64,000 nt of DNA from the NCBI GenBank assembly GCA_965116925.1, contig OZ220744.1:4544001-4608000 (forward strand), read 5' to 3'. The translations under genes were made by a program, and so were the position numbers. Each line of letters opens with the position of its first letter. Position 1 is the stretch's first letter. Below are positions 30,679-40,269 of the stretch, one piece after another. The notes beneath the pieces are model-generated. The model searched no databases. It worked only from the letters and a program-made list of their open reading frames with translations, and had not been told where the DNA came from. The DNA is from Candidatus Poribacteria bacterium. GTDB lineage: Bacteria > Poribacteria > WGA-4E > PCPOR2b.

Positions 30679-32668
30679 ACTCAAGTACGAAATGAGTATC
30701 AGCCTTAACGTCCTCAACCACCTTGGAATCAAACTTTACAGCAATGTGCCCGCGGTTTTGTCTGAGGTGGTTGCCAACTCTTGGGATGCCGACGCTTCAG
30801 AAGTTGATATTGAAATTGAGGATGGCAAAATCACCATCACTGATAATGGACACGGCATGACGTATGATGACATTAACAACAAGTACCTTACTGTTGGATA
30901 CGATCGCCGTGAGGAGGATAAGAAGCGGAATATGGTGCAAACCACCAACTACAAACGCCCCGTTATGGGGCGCAAGGGTATCGGGAAGCTATCTCTCTTT
31001 TCAATTGCCGATACTGTTGAGGTTCAGACCATTAGAGATGGGATAAAGAACGGCTTTGAGATGTCGGCGCGGAAGATTGAAAAACAAATTCGTGAACAAG
31101 GTGGCAATACCTATCACCCCGATTCGCTGCAGGATGACAAAATCACTCTTGATAGCGATGGAACGCGGATTGTCCTCACAGAACTAAAGAAACGAGTATA
31201 CCAAACCCCCATTGCCTTGAGAAAACGACTGGCGCGACGGTTCAGCATCATTGGAACAAAATATTTCACAGTTCGCATCAATGGCGATTCGGTTACAATC
31301 GCTGATCGTGACTACTTCCATAAACTCCACTATTTATGGCATTACGGCGAAGGAAGTGAGAAGTACGTAGATTTGTGCAACTCAAAAAAACTTGAATACC
31401 ACGAACCGGGAGATGGTCAAATTGGAGTAAAAGGAGAAGATAACACTGAGGTGGATAGATATCAAGTAACAGGTTGGATTGGCACGGTCAAAGAAGCACT
31501 AGATGTCAACGATCCCGATGACAACCTCAACAAAATCGTCATCATGGTTCGTGGGAAACTGGCACAGGAAGATATCCTTGAAGACTTTACTGAAGGTGGA
31601 TTATATACAAAGTATATCATCGGCGAAATCCACGCCGATTTCTTAGATCTTGATGACCAAGACGATATTGCAACAAGTAACCGTCAAGAGATTATCAAGG
31701 ATGACCCGCGATACGTAGCAATTAAGGACTGGGTTCAAGTCGCATTGAAAAATATTGAGAGTCAGTGGAGACACCGGCGTAAAGAAGCAGGGGCAAAAGA
31801 AGCCAGACGTATCCCTGCAATTGATGAATGGCTGAAGAGCTTGGATTCAGATAAGCGCAGGCAAGCAAAAGAAATGTTTGGAAAAATTGGTGAACTCACT
31901 TTGAAAGAAAAGGAGAGAATTGAACTATATAAGTATAGCGTATTAGCGTTTGAAAACCTTAGATACAAAGGCTCACTTTCTGCCCTCAATAATGTATCTC
32001 CCGCAAACCTCCAAGAATTTACCCAAATCTTCGCAGAACTGGATGATATTGAAGCCTCGCTTTACTACCAAATCGTTCAAGAGAGGCTGCAGATAATTGA
32101 TACCTTACGTGACCAAGCTAGGGACGATGTAGTTGAAAAGGTAATACAAAAACATCTCTATGAGCACCTCTGGTTACTCGATCCTTCTTGGGATAGGGCG
32201 ACAGAAACTCCGTTGATGGAGCAAAATGTTAGAGCTGCCTTTGATGAGGTTGATGCGACCCTAACTGAGGAAGAGAAAAGGGGCCGGTTTGACATCAAAT
32301 ACAAAATGACATCGGGGAAACATGTCATTATTGAACTTAAACGCGCCGGACGGAAATTAAGAAGTACCCAACTACAAGATCAAGTTGATAAATACAGAAA
32401 TGCGCTGAGAAAGATTGTTCAGGCAACAGGGAAGAACGAACCGATTGAAGTAGTATGCCTTGTCGGGCAACGACCTGAGGATTGGGAGACTTCTGAACAA
32501 GAGGATGAATCTAGGAGAGCTATGGAAGCCAAGAATACGCGAGTCGTTCTGTACCAAGGACTCATTGAGGATGCCTATAGGAGTTACCAAAAATTTCTGG
32601 AGCAGCAAGAAAAAGCGGGTCGTGTCTATGAACTCATTAAAAATATTGAGATTGAGAATGAATCGTAA
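30671..32668 (+). CDS. GHKL/MORC-type ATPase fused to a PD-(D/E)xK nuclease; probable cognate restriction endonuclease (HgiDII-like, tentative)
   Basis: EVVANSWDA, DNGHGM, GRKGIGK, GT GHKL motifs; C-terminal FDI...IIELKR; start overlaps the MTase stop. Confidence 0.8.
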   Translation: MSELKYEMSISLNVLNHLGIKLYSNVPAVLSEVVANSWDADASEVDIEIEDGKITITDNGHGMTYDDINNKYLTVGYDRREEDKKRNMVQTTNYKRPVMGRKGIGKLSLFSIADTVEVQTIRDGIKNGFEMSARKIEKQIREQGGNTYHPDSLQDDKITLDSDGTRIVLTELKKRVYQTPIALRKRLARRFSIIGTKYFTVRINGDSVTIADRDYFHKLHYLWHYGEGSEKYVDLCNSKKLEYHEPGDGQIGVKGEDNTEVDRYQVTGWIGTVKEALDVNDPDDNLNKIVIMVRGKLAQEDILEDFTEGGLYTKYIIGEIHADFLDLDDQDDIATSNRQEIIKDDPRYVAIKDWVQVALKNIESQWRHRRKEAGAKEARRIPAIDEWLKSLDSDKRRQAKEMFGKIGELTLKEKERIELYKYSVLAFENLRYKGSLSALNNVSPANLQEFTQIFAELDDIEASLYYQIVQERLQIIDTLRDQARDDVVEKVIQKHLYEHLWLLDPSWDRATETPLMEQNVRAAFDEVDATLTEEEKRGRFDIKYKMTSGKHVIIELKRAGRKLRSTQLQDQVDKYRNALRKIVQATGKNEPIEVVCLVGQRPEDWETSEQEDESRRAMEAKNTRVVLYQGLIEDAYRSYQKFLEQQEKAGRVYELIKNIEIENES

Positions 32669-32898
32669 ATGCGAAAAATGATGCAATCCAAAAACCTCAT
32701 CACCAGCGTTCTGTTTCCCTGCCCTGGGCATTCAGGTTACTCGGCGTGCTGAAGATGAAGATCCATTTGAACCACAGAATTATTGGGCTAGCAGATGGAA
32801 AGTTAATGCGATAGATCGAATCTATCCACTAGCATGGTTTACAGCCAATGCGTATACTGTTTATCTGACTGATATAAATACAGGAGAACCCTCCAAAA

Positions 32899-34356
32899 AT
32901 GTCAAACGATTCATCAGCCATTGTGCAAAAACTGTGGAATTATTGTAACGTCCTTCGCGATGATGGGATCAGCTATGGCGACTATGTGGAGCAGTTGACC
33001 TACCTTCTGTTTCTGAAAATGGCGGACGAGCAGACCAAACCGCCGTTTAGAAAAGAGTCCGTTGTTCCTGTAGGGCTAGACTGGGAGAGTCTCGTTGACA
33101 AGGAGGGAGCCGACCTTGAAACGCATTATCGCCAGATCCTCGACATGTTGGCACTGGAGAGCGGTACGCTAGGGGTGATCTTCAGAAAATCCCAAAACAG
33201 GATCCAAGACCCCGCCAAACTCAAGCGAATCATTCAACTGATCAACGATGAAACATGGATCGGGTTAGATATCGATGTGAAGGGGGACATTTACGAAGGG
33301 TTATTGCAGAAAAACGCAGAAGATATCAAAAGCGGTGCGGGCCAATACTTCACGCCCCGTCCCCTAATCAAGGCAATCGTAGAGGTGATGAAACCGGAAC
33401 CGAAGCAAACCATCTGCGATCCTGCATGCGGCACCGGCGGTTTTTTCTTAGCAGCCCATGACTATCTATCGAGCAAGAGCGACCAACTTGATAGAGAGCA
33501 GAAGCAGTTTCTCAGAGACGGGACCTTTCACGGTGTGGATCTTGTGGACAGTGTGGTGAGGCTATGTGTGATGAACCTGCACCTTCACGGCATCGGTGGA
33601 GATAAGAGTCCTGTGGAAACAGGGGATAGCCTGATTTCGGATACGGGTGAGCGTTTTGACATGGTATTGACCAATCCGCCCTTTGGCAAGAAGAGTAGCA
33701 TCACAATTGTAGATGAAAAGGGAGGGGCGGGAAAAAACGCGCTCACATACGAGCGGGAAGATTTTTGGGCGACCACCTCCAACAAGCAGCTTAACTTCCT
33801 TCAGCACGTCAAAACAATTCTGGAAATCAATGGCAGGGCAGCGGTTGTTGTGCCGGATAACGTCCTATTTGAAGGGGGCGCGGGGGAAACCGTTCGCAGG
33901 AAACTGCTGCACGAATGCGATGTCCATACATTGCTTAGACTCCCGACGGGCATCTTTTACGCACAAGGTGTCAAGGCAAATGTGCTGTTCTTCGACCGCA
34001 GACCCGCCAGCGAAACCCCGTGGACAGAGAAACTGTGGATATACGACCTACGCACCAATCAGCGATTCACGTTGAAAACGAAACAGATGCGCTACGACGA
34101 CCTTCACGATTTCATCGCCTGCTACAATCCCGACAACCGCCATGACCGGAAAGAGACCGATCAGTTTAAGTCTTTCTCCTACGATGAACTGATGCAGCGC
34201 GACAAGGTCAGTCTTGACATCTTCTGGTTGCGTGACGAAAGCCTTGAGGATACCGAGAATCTGCCGGAGCCTGATGAATTGGCAGAGGATATCGCTGCGA
34301 ACCTAGCTGCGGCGTTAGAGCAGTTTCAAGACATTTATGAGGGAGTCACTCAGTAA
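32899..34356 (+). CDS. hsdM: Type I restriction-modification N6-adenine methyltransferase subunit
   Basis: KLWNYCNVLRDDG, GQYFTPR, DPACGTGGF, NPPF. Confidence 0.95.
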   Translation: MSNDSSAIVQKLWNYCNVLRDDGISYGDYVEQLTYLLFLKMADEQTKPPFRKESVVPVGLDWESLVDKEGADLETHYRQILDMLALESGTLGVIFRKSQNRIQDPAKLKRIIQLINDETWIGLDIDVKGDIYEGLLQKNAEDIKSGAGQYFTPRPLIKAIVEVMKPEPKQTICDPACGTGGFFLAAHDYLSSKSDQLDREQKQFLRDGTFHGVDLVDSVVRLCVMNLHLHGIGGDKSPVETGDSLISDTGERFDMVLTNPPFGKKSSITIVDEKGGAGKNALTYEREDFWATTSNKQLNFLQHVKTILEINGRAAVVVPDNVLFEGGAGETVRRKLLHECDVHTLLRLPTGIFYAQGVKANVLFFDRRPASETPWTEKLWIYDLRTNQRFTLKTKQMRYDDLHDFIACYNPDNRHDRKETDQFKSFSYDELMQRDKVSLDIFWLRDESLEDTENLPEPDELAEDIAANLAAALEQFQDIYEGVTQ

Positions 34357-34363
34357 ATAGATT

Positions 34364-34421
34364 CGCTCATGTTAAGAAATAGTGCAAAGAAACCGAGTTT
34401 TGAAGAAAAAACTCGGTTTCT
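34364..34421. mobile_element. MITE family B partial copy, reverse orientation
   Basis: CGCTCATGTTAAGA end plus the same AGAAACCGAGTTTT hairpin as 20370-20460. Confidence 0.6.
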
Positions 34422-34508
34422 ATAAGTGTCGAGATATGAATCTTGACCTACAATCTATAATTCGATTCAACCCGTCCGGTTTAGACTTTCCAATCCGCTT
34501 TGGTCAAT

Positions 34509-34531
34509 GAGCGAGGGGACCTCGCCCCTAC
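34509..34531 (-). repeat. GTAG-type REP-like hairpin
   Basis: Minus strand reads GTAGGGGCGAGGTCCCCTCGCTC. Confidence 0.6.
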
Positions 34532-34564
34532 GATTACAGACAGCTTTACACATGTCAACACGCC

Positions 34565-35128
34565 CTAACTATTCAGGAAATTTTGCAACAGCTTTTTCCC
34601 CTCGCTGGTCAAGATTGATTCTGGGTGGAACTGCACCCCCCAGATCGGATAGTTCTTGTGTCGAAATCCCATAATTTCGTCTTGATTTGTCCACGCGGTG
34701 AGTTCAAGGCAATCCGGCAGCGTCTCCTTTTTCACGATGAGAGAGTGGTAACGTGTCGCCTCAAATGGGTTTTCGAGGTCGTCGAAAATCTGCTCACCGT
34801 TGTGGTGAATCATTGAGGTTTTGCCGTGCATCAGACGTCCGGCGCGGACGACATCGCCGCCAAATACATCGCCGATACACTGATGCCCCAAGCAGACACC
34901 GAGCAGGGGAACACGCCCTGCAAACTGACGGATCAGATTGCAGGAGATCCCCGCTTCCCGTGGTGTGCAGGGCCCCGGCGATATGACAATCTTCTCAGGG
35001 GCGAGATCTTCAATCTGGTCAAGCGTGATTTTGTCGTTGCGATGGACAACAAGGTTCGCTCCCAACTCGCCGAGATATTGCACGAGGTTATAGGTGAATG
35101 AGTCGTAATTGTCAATCATAAGTATCAT
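34565..35128 (-). CDS. trpG: Anthranilate synthase component II (glutamine amidotransferase)
   Basis: [35 protein letters not shown]. Confidence 0.95.
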   Translation of the reverse strand: MILMIDNYDSFTYNLVQYLGELGANLVVHRNDKITLDQIEDLAPEKIVISPGPCTPREAGISCNLIRQFAGRVPLLGVCLGHQCIGDVFGGDVVRAGRLMHGKTSMIHHNGEQIFDDLENPFEATRYHSLIVKKETLPDCLELTAWTNQDEIMGFRHKNYPIWGVQFHPESILTSEGKKLLQNFLNS

Positions 35129-35139
35129 CGTTTCTTCTC

Positions 35140-35826
35140 CTAACCGTTTCTGCGGATTCTCATCATCTCATCGCCGCCTTTCTGGAACTCATAAGGTACG
35201 CGACAAATATCAACCGTAAATCCAGCTTCCAAAAAATGTGATTGGATCGGTGTAATGTAGGGTGACTTTTCGCAATTCAATGTCAACAGTGGGAAAATTC
35301 GTACCTCTTGAGAAACGCGACAGAGTTCCTGTATAGAATCCCGATGAAAATCGAAAGATAGCTGAACAGAATACAGAAAAAGCAGATGCGAGCAGAGTAC
35401 CAGATCGAACTGGGAATCGGTGAAACTGAGTGTGGGCAGAGATTCAGGCAGATAACGTCCTTGCACCTTTCCCGCCTCAAAATCTTCCAGAAACTTCCTC
35501 ATGGTCTCAAGACGGTAGTGCCCCCAATGCACTGGATCCGCAAAGAAATCCCAAACGAAGTTATCAGAGTTTTGTTCCACTTGAGAGATGAGGGGATCGT
35601 AGTTCTCTTCAATTCTCCGCTCGATCTGTGCTTTTGAAAACGAGTAGATCGGATCAATTGACAGAACCGTATGCCCCAAGGTATTCATCTCGGTGTTAAA
35701 ACTGGCAGGGCCGTCACCGACACCGAGGATACGTAAGTTCAGTTCCTCATCGGAGAGATTGAACATCTGCGTGTATTCTTGCAATGATCTGCCCCAAGGG
35801 ATGACTTGGTCGAGTTTCACACTCAC
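35140..35826 (-). CDS. Class I SAM-dependent methyltransferase-like protein
   Basis: [37 protein letters not shown]. Confidence 0.8.
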   Translation of the reverse strand: MSVKLDQVIPWGRSLQEYTQMFNLSDEELNLRILGVGDGPASFNTEMNTLGHTVLSIDPIYSFSKAQIERRIEENYDPLISQVEQNSDNFVWDFFADPVHWGHYRLETMRKFLEDFEAGKVQGRYLPESLPTLSFTDSQFDLVLCSHLLFLYSVQLSFDFHRDSIQELCRVSQEVRIFPLLTLNCEKSPYITPIQSHFLEAGFTVDICRVPYEFQKGGDEMMRIRRNG

Positions 35827-35847
35827 GGTTTGCCTCCTGTCGTCGAT

Positions 35848-37332
35848 CTACTCTAATCCCGCTTCAGCGATTTCAATTGCCCTTAACACCGCTCGCGCCT
35901 TGTTGACCGTTTCTTCATACTCCGTTTCGGGCACAGAGTCTGCGACGATACCACCGCCCGCTTGGATGTAGGCAATTCCATCTTTGACGACGAGGGTGCG
36001 AATCGTGATCGCTGTGTCCGCATTGCCAGAAAAGCTGAAATAGCCAACGGCTCCGCCGTAGGGTCCCCGGCGGGTCGGTTCAAGCTCGTCGATAATCTCC
36101 ATCGCCCGGATCTTCGGGGCACCGGACAGCGTTCCAGCGGGCAGGCAGGCACGTATCACATCATAGGGGGTTTGCCCCTCGCGCAACTCTCCGATAACGT
36201 GCGAAACGATGTGCATCACATGTGAATAACGTTCGATTATCATCATCTCGCTTACGCGCACAGTATGGTATTCGCAGACGCGCCCTAGGTCGTTACGTCC
36301 GAGGTCAACGAGCATGACGTGCTCTGCCCGTTCCTTCGGGTCGGCAAGCAGTTCCATCCCCAATGCCTCATCTTCGGCTGGAGTCGCTCCACGTGGACGG
36401 GTTCCTGCGATTGGGCGCATCTCCGCAACACCGTCCTCAACGCGCACCATCATCTCCGGTGAGGCACCCGCAATCTGGAGTTCATCGAACTTGAGGTAGA
36501 ACATATAAGGCGATGGGTTGACAGTGCGCAAGGCACGATACGCATCGAATGTATCGACCGATATCGGAACACTAAAGCGCTGTGATGGCACAACCTGAAT
36601 GATGTCCCCCGCGGCGATATATTCCTTCGCCCGAAGGACAACCTGATGGTAATCGTCCTTCGTGAAGTTTGAGGTGACGGGCACACCGCTTGGACTGACA
36701 ACCGGCTTGTTTGTGTAATTCATCAACAACGGCTGCTTGAGTTTAGCGATCAGTTCGTCGATCTGATCAAGTGCTTTTTTATAGGCTTGGTCAACATCGC
36801 CGTTGATGTGGGCGTTGGCGACCACCTTGATCTGATGGTTCACATGGTCAAACACAAGCAGCGTATCGGTGACCATAAAAAAACAATCGGGTAGTTCTCG
36901 ATCATCTTCGGTAGTGTCGGGGAGTTCCTCGACGTAACGCACCATGTCGTAGTTCAGGTAGCCGACCGCTCCACCGTGAAATCGCGGCAATCCCTCGACT
37001 TCAACGGGTTGATAGTGAGCCATCAACTCTTCAAGCTCCTCTAACGGGTCTTTGCTTTTGAATTCAACCGTACCCCCGGTTCGGAGGTTATCAATCTGGA
37101 CCAGATTGCCCTTGCCCCTAAGTAGGACTGATGGATCACTGCCGAGAAACGAATATCGGGCGACGTGTTCACCGCCTTCGACGCTCTCCAGCAGAAATGC
37201 GTGGTCACTTCCTCCGATTTTGTAAAATGCGGATACAGGTGTTTCCATATCCGCCAGCATCGTCTTGTAGACGGGAATCAAGTTGCCGTGTTGTGCTTTT
37301 TCTCTAAAATCTTCTAAGTTTGGGTAATACAT
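35848..37332 (-). CDS. trpE: Anthranilate synthase component I
   Basis: LLES (Trp feedback site), [42 protein letters not shown]. Confidence 0.95.
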   Translation of the reverse strand: MYYPNLEDFREKAQHGNLIPVYKTMLADMETPVSAFYKIGGSDHAFLLESVEGGEHVARYSFLGSDPSVLLRGKGNLVQIDNLRTGGTVEFKSKDPLEELEELMAHYQPVEVEGLPRFHGGAVGYLNYDMVRYVEELPDTTEDDRELPDCFFMVTDTLLVFDHVNHQIKVVANAHINGDVDQAYKKALDQIDELIAKLKQPLLMNYTNKPVVSPSGVPVTSNFTKDDYHQVVLRAKEYIAAGDIIQVVPSQRFSVPISVDTFDAYRALRTVNPSPYMFYLKFDELQIAGASPEMMVRVEDGVAEMRPIAGTRPRGATPAEDEALGMELLADPKERAEHVMLVDLGRNDLGRVCEYHTVRVSEMMIIERYSHVMHIVSHVIGELREGQTPYDVIRACLPAGTLSGAPKIRAMEIIDELEPTRRGPYGGAVGYFSFSGNADTAITIRTLVVKDGIAYIQAGGGIVADSVPETEYEETVNKARAVLRAIEIAEAGLE

Positions 37333-37352
37333 CGAAGTCTCCTTGAAAACTA

Positions 37353-37733
37353 TCAGTATACTGCATCTGGGTCAAAAACCTTTTCACCAACAATGTGCGT
37401 AGAGTTACCATCGGGGGAGACTTCCCGAAAGAAGCAGGAACGGTAGCCGACGTGGCACGCCCCGCCTTTCTGTTCGACTTTGATTAGTAGCGCATCGGCA
37501 TCACAATCAAAGGCGACCGTTCGCACGGTTTGCGTGTGTCCTGAAGTCTCCCCCTTGATCCAGTATTCCTGGCGGGAGCGGCTCCAAAAGCAGACACGCC
37601 CTGATTCTAATGTCTTCCGCACAGCCTCGCGGTTCATATAGCCGACCATGAGGACCTCTTTGTTTTCGTCATCCTGTATAATGGCAGGAATTAAACCGTT
37701 CTGATCGGTCTTGAGTTGATTTAGGATTTCCAT
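37353..37733 (-). CDS. hisI: Phosphoribosyl-AMP cyclohydrolase
   Basis: [38 protein letters not shown]. Confidence 0.96.
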   Translation of the reverse strand: MEILNQLKTDQNGLIPAIIQDDENKEVLMVGYMNREAVRKTLESGRVCFWSRSRQEYWIKGETSGHTQTVRTVAFDCDADALLIKVEQKGGACHVGYRSCFFREVSPDGNSTHIVGEKVFDPDAVY

Positions 37734-37764
37734 TTTTTCTCCTTGCTCAACAGAAAATAGGCAT

Positions 37765-37806
37765 AAAAAAAGCCGTAGACAACGGGGTTCGTATGCCTAC
37801 GGCTTT
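37765..37806 (-). terminator. Intrinsic terminator (attenuator) upstream of hisI
   Basis: Minus strand AAAGCCGTAGGCA-loop-TGTCTACGGC followed by T7, about 30 nt before the hisI start. Confidence 0.85.
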
Positions 37807-37831
37807 GGTTTCTAGATATGAGTCCAAAGAT

Positions 37832-37933
37832 TTATCTCAACAAAGGCACACTGCTCCCCTCAACACGATGCCACCACCAGTGCCAATGATGAGATGCGAT
37901 TTGAAATTGTGGTTGTCGGTTCAGGGTTTGCAT
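37832..37933 (-). CDS. His/Trp-rich leader peptide MQTLNRQPQFQIASHHWHWWWHRVEGSSVPLLR
   Basis: Translated by hand: CAT CAT TGG CAC TGG TGG TGG CAT at 37868-37891; AAGG RBS; lies between promoter and terminator. Confidence 0.88.
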   Translation of the reverse strand: MQTLNRQPQFQIASHHWHWWWHRVEGSSVPLLR

Positions 37934-37970
37934 AGTACCTTTCAACTTCCTGTTTGTTCAGATTATGTAA

Positions 37971-38000
37971 AGCATATCACAATTTTAGTTTCGGTGTCAA
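37971..38000 (-). promoter_or_regulatory. Sigma70-type promoter of the leader-hisI-trpE operon
   Basis: Minus strand TTGACA-18 bp-TATGCT with extended -10 TG. Confidence 0.65.
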
Positions 38001-38021
38001 GAAAAATCCGATGCGGTGTTC

Positions 38022-38834
38022 TCACCCAACCAGCGGCTGCAAAAACTCGATGCTTCGACGGGCAATTGTCTCTGGATCCGGCTCAAAGTTGAAGACCTCG
38101 GTCGAGAGATAGCCTGTGTAATTGATTTCCTTCAATGCCTCGATAATTGGTGGGTAATCCACATTACCGGAGCCGGGGAGATATCCGTTATCGTCGTTGG
38201 TGTGAAAGTGCGCCACGTGTTCGGCGTATTTGCGGATCTGTGTGGGCATGTCCAAGTTTTCGGCTGCTGTACTCGTTACATCAAGGATGATTTGAAAAAT
38301 CGGATTATCGACTGCTTTGACCATCTCTACTGCGGCTGCCGGTGTATTGATAAAATTTGTATGTTGGCTTGCCAACGGTTCCATGCACAAAATGACACCC
38401 TGTTCTTGAGCGAATTCTGCACACGCTGCGAAGGTTTCCTGTGCATAGCTCCACGCTTGCTCTGGTGCCAGTGGATCCAGTACGTTGCGTTCATTGGGTG
38501 AACCGATGACCATAATCTTCCCACCCAGATCAGCACAACACGAAATCAGTTCAAAAAAATAGTCGCGTGTTTTCTCGCGGATATCTCCGTCGGGGTGATT
38601 GACGTGCAATCCTTTTGGTGAGACCAGCAGCCAATGTAGTCCAGCGATTTCGATTTTCGCTGTATCTGCCGCTTTTCGGATGCGATCTCTTTCGGCTTGG
38701 CTGATGTCCACCACCGATTCTGCAAGCGTGAAAGGTGCGAGTTCCACGGCATCGTAGCCGAGTTTGGCAGCGCACAGAAAAACATCTTCGATCCCCCAAT
38801 CCTCAAACATTTCGTTGCAGATAGCTAGTTTCAT
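38022..38834 (-). CDS. Sugar phosphate isomerase/epimerase (D-psicose/D-tagatose 3-epimerase-like)
   Basis: GYDAVELAPF, GLHWLL, MEPL, LD, HFHTND, PGSG, STEVF. Confidence 0.88.
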   Translation of the reverse strand: MKLAICNEMFEDWGIEDVFLCAAKLGYDAVELAPFTLAESVVDISQAERDRIRKAADTAKIEIAGLHWLLVSPKGLHVNHPDGDIREKTRDYFFELISCCADLGGKIMVIGSPNERNVLDPLAPEQAWSYAQETFAACAEFAQEQGVILCMEPLASQHTNFINTPAAAVEMVKAVDNPIFQIILDVTSTAAENLDMPTQIRKYAEHVAHFHTNDDNGYLPGSGNVDYPPIIEALKEINYTGYLSTEVFNFEPDPETIARRSIEFLQPLVG

Positions 38835-38872
38835 GGTTCACTCCTGGTTCCACTTATGGTGGATTTTGGAAT

Positions 38873-38980
38873 TATAGTAGATTTTAGAATTAATGAGACA
38901 CTCCAAATCGGCGCAGTTAGAAACAGTGCCTACCAAACATGGAGAGCGAAAGTGTCTATTTATTTTTTGAATTCACTATA
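38873..38980. mobile_element. MITE family A copy 2 (108 bp)
   Basis: TATAGTAGATTTTAGAATTAATGAGACAC...GAATTCACTATA. Confidence 0.85.
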
Positions 38981-39027
38981 ATTAGATGCTGTGAATGAGC
39001 GAAGTCAGCAACCTTGTTCGCGGAGTT

Positions 39028-39052
39028 ACGGCACACGGAGTGTGCCTACTAC
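39028..39052 (-). repeat. GTAG-type REP-like hairpin
   Basis: Minus strand GTAGTAGGCACACTCCGTGTGCCGT. Confidence 0.6.
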
Positions 39053-39054
39053 TA

Positions 39055-39651
39055 TTAAGGATCTTCCTTCCACCGTTGGATGAGATCTGTATCGATGTCA
39101 AATTGATCCAGTGCCTTTGTGACGATGAAATTGATCATATCGTCAACCGTTTTGGGGAAGTGGTAAAAACCCGGCATGGCAGGCAGCACCACCACGCCGA
39201 GTTGGGATAGCTTGAGCATATTTTCGAGATGGATGGCGCTGAGCGGCGTTTCTCGTGGCACGAGGACCAGTTTACGCCGCTCTTTGATACAGACATCGGC
39301 GGCGCGCTGGATGAGATTTCGGGAGATGCCCGCCGCTATCGCGCCGATAGTTCCCATGCTGCACGGTGCAACGACCATACCCGCAGTGCGGAAGGAGCCG
39401 CTGGCAATCGACGCTCCGATGTCGGACTGATGGTGGTAAATCACCTGATCTGACGGGTAGCCGATTAGGGATTTAAGGCGGAAATTGTCCAGATCTACAC
39501 GGAGCTGCAGCTCTTCCCACAACGCCCTTGCGCCGGAGTCGGAAATCGTCAGGTGGATTTCATAGTCGTCGCATCGGGTGAGAGTCTCTAGCAGACGCAC
39601 ACCGTAGATGACGGCACTTGCTCCCGTTATCCCGACAATTATACGTTTCAA
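39055..39651 (-). CDS. ubiX: Flavin prenyltransferase UbiX
   Basis: VGITGAS, IASGSF, PCSMGT, RAADVCIKERR, PRETP, PAMPGFYH; TTG start after GAGGAGG. Confidence 0.93.
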   Translation of the reverse strand: MKRIIVGITGASAVIYGVRLLETLTRCDDYEIHLTISDSGARALWEELQLRVDLDNFRLKSLIGYPSDQVIYHHQSDIGASIASGSFRTAGMVVAPCSMGTIGAIAAGISRNLIQRAADVCIKERRKLVLVPRETPLSAIHLENMLKLSQLGVVVLPAMPGFYHFPKTVDDMINFIVTKALDQFDIDTDLIQRWKEDP

Positions 39652-39676
39652 ACAATCCTCCTCTTTGTTCCCATTT

Positions 39677-40033
39677 TTACCGGTTCTGAACGTTCTTTAT
39701 CCAGTCTCCCAAGTTATTTTTCACTCGCATCAACCGGTCGGGAGAAATTTCGCCTATTGTTCCAGTCAAAATATTCCCTGAGACCACAGCGAGACGAGTT
39801 GTACGGATAACGCTCGCCGTTTTCAAACCGGAACGGACAAAGTCTGGAGAATCTTCATTGATAATTTCATCAAAACCTTCAACATATTGATTGAGATTTG
39901 ATGAAATCATACAAATTAGCCAGTCATCATAATTGCCGGGAATTTGTGCTAGCAGGAGTGCTGGACGTTGTTTTCCAGCACCCAAGTCGGTCTGTGGAAA
40001 ATTGAACAGAACAATCTGTCCTGCCCTTCTCAC
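39677..40033 (-). CDS. PemK/MazF-family toxin
   Basis: GQIVLFNFPQTD...KQRPALL, SGLKTASVIR; GTGA overlap with the upstream gene. Confidence 0.88.
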   Translation of the reverse strand: MRRAGQIVLFNFPQTDLGAGKQRPALLLAQIPGNYDDWLICMISSNLNQYVEGFDEIINEDSPDFVRSGLKTASVIRTTRLAVVSGNILTGTIGEISPDRLMRVKNNLGDWIKNVQNR

Positions 40034-40245
40034 ACCCACCTCTCCTTCAAATCGGATTCATCGTAGATTACATCTTCTTCTTCAATATCGCGCATCGCTG
40101 CAGCCAATGAAAGATGTGACCAATCCAAATTCTCTTTTCGCACACTTTGGCGCTGCATTAGAAATTCAATAAAATCCAATGCTTCTGCTTGTAATGGTTC
40201 AGGTAATCTCTGAACTTGCTCGTGAATTCTTTCAACAGTGGTCAT
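40030..40245 (-). CDS. Antitoxin (DUF2281-like)
   Basis: LPEPLQAEALDFIEFL pattern, acidic tail, coupled to PemK toxin. Confidence 0.8.
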   Translation of the reverse strand: MTTVERIHEQVQRLPEPLQAEALDFIEFLMQRQSVRKENLDWSHLSLAAAMRDIEEEDVIYDESDLKERWV

Positions 40246-40269
40246 AACAGCCTCCTGATAGAGGGCGTA

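Noticed and set aside
37793..38092. 99-aa plus-strand ORF over the hisI upstream region
   Set aside because: Antisense to the leader peptide and promoter, with no motif; the minus-strand reading explains the region.
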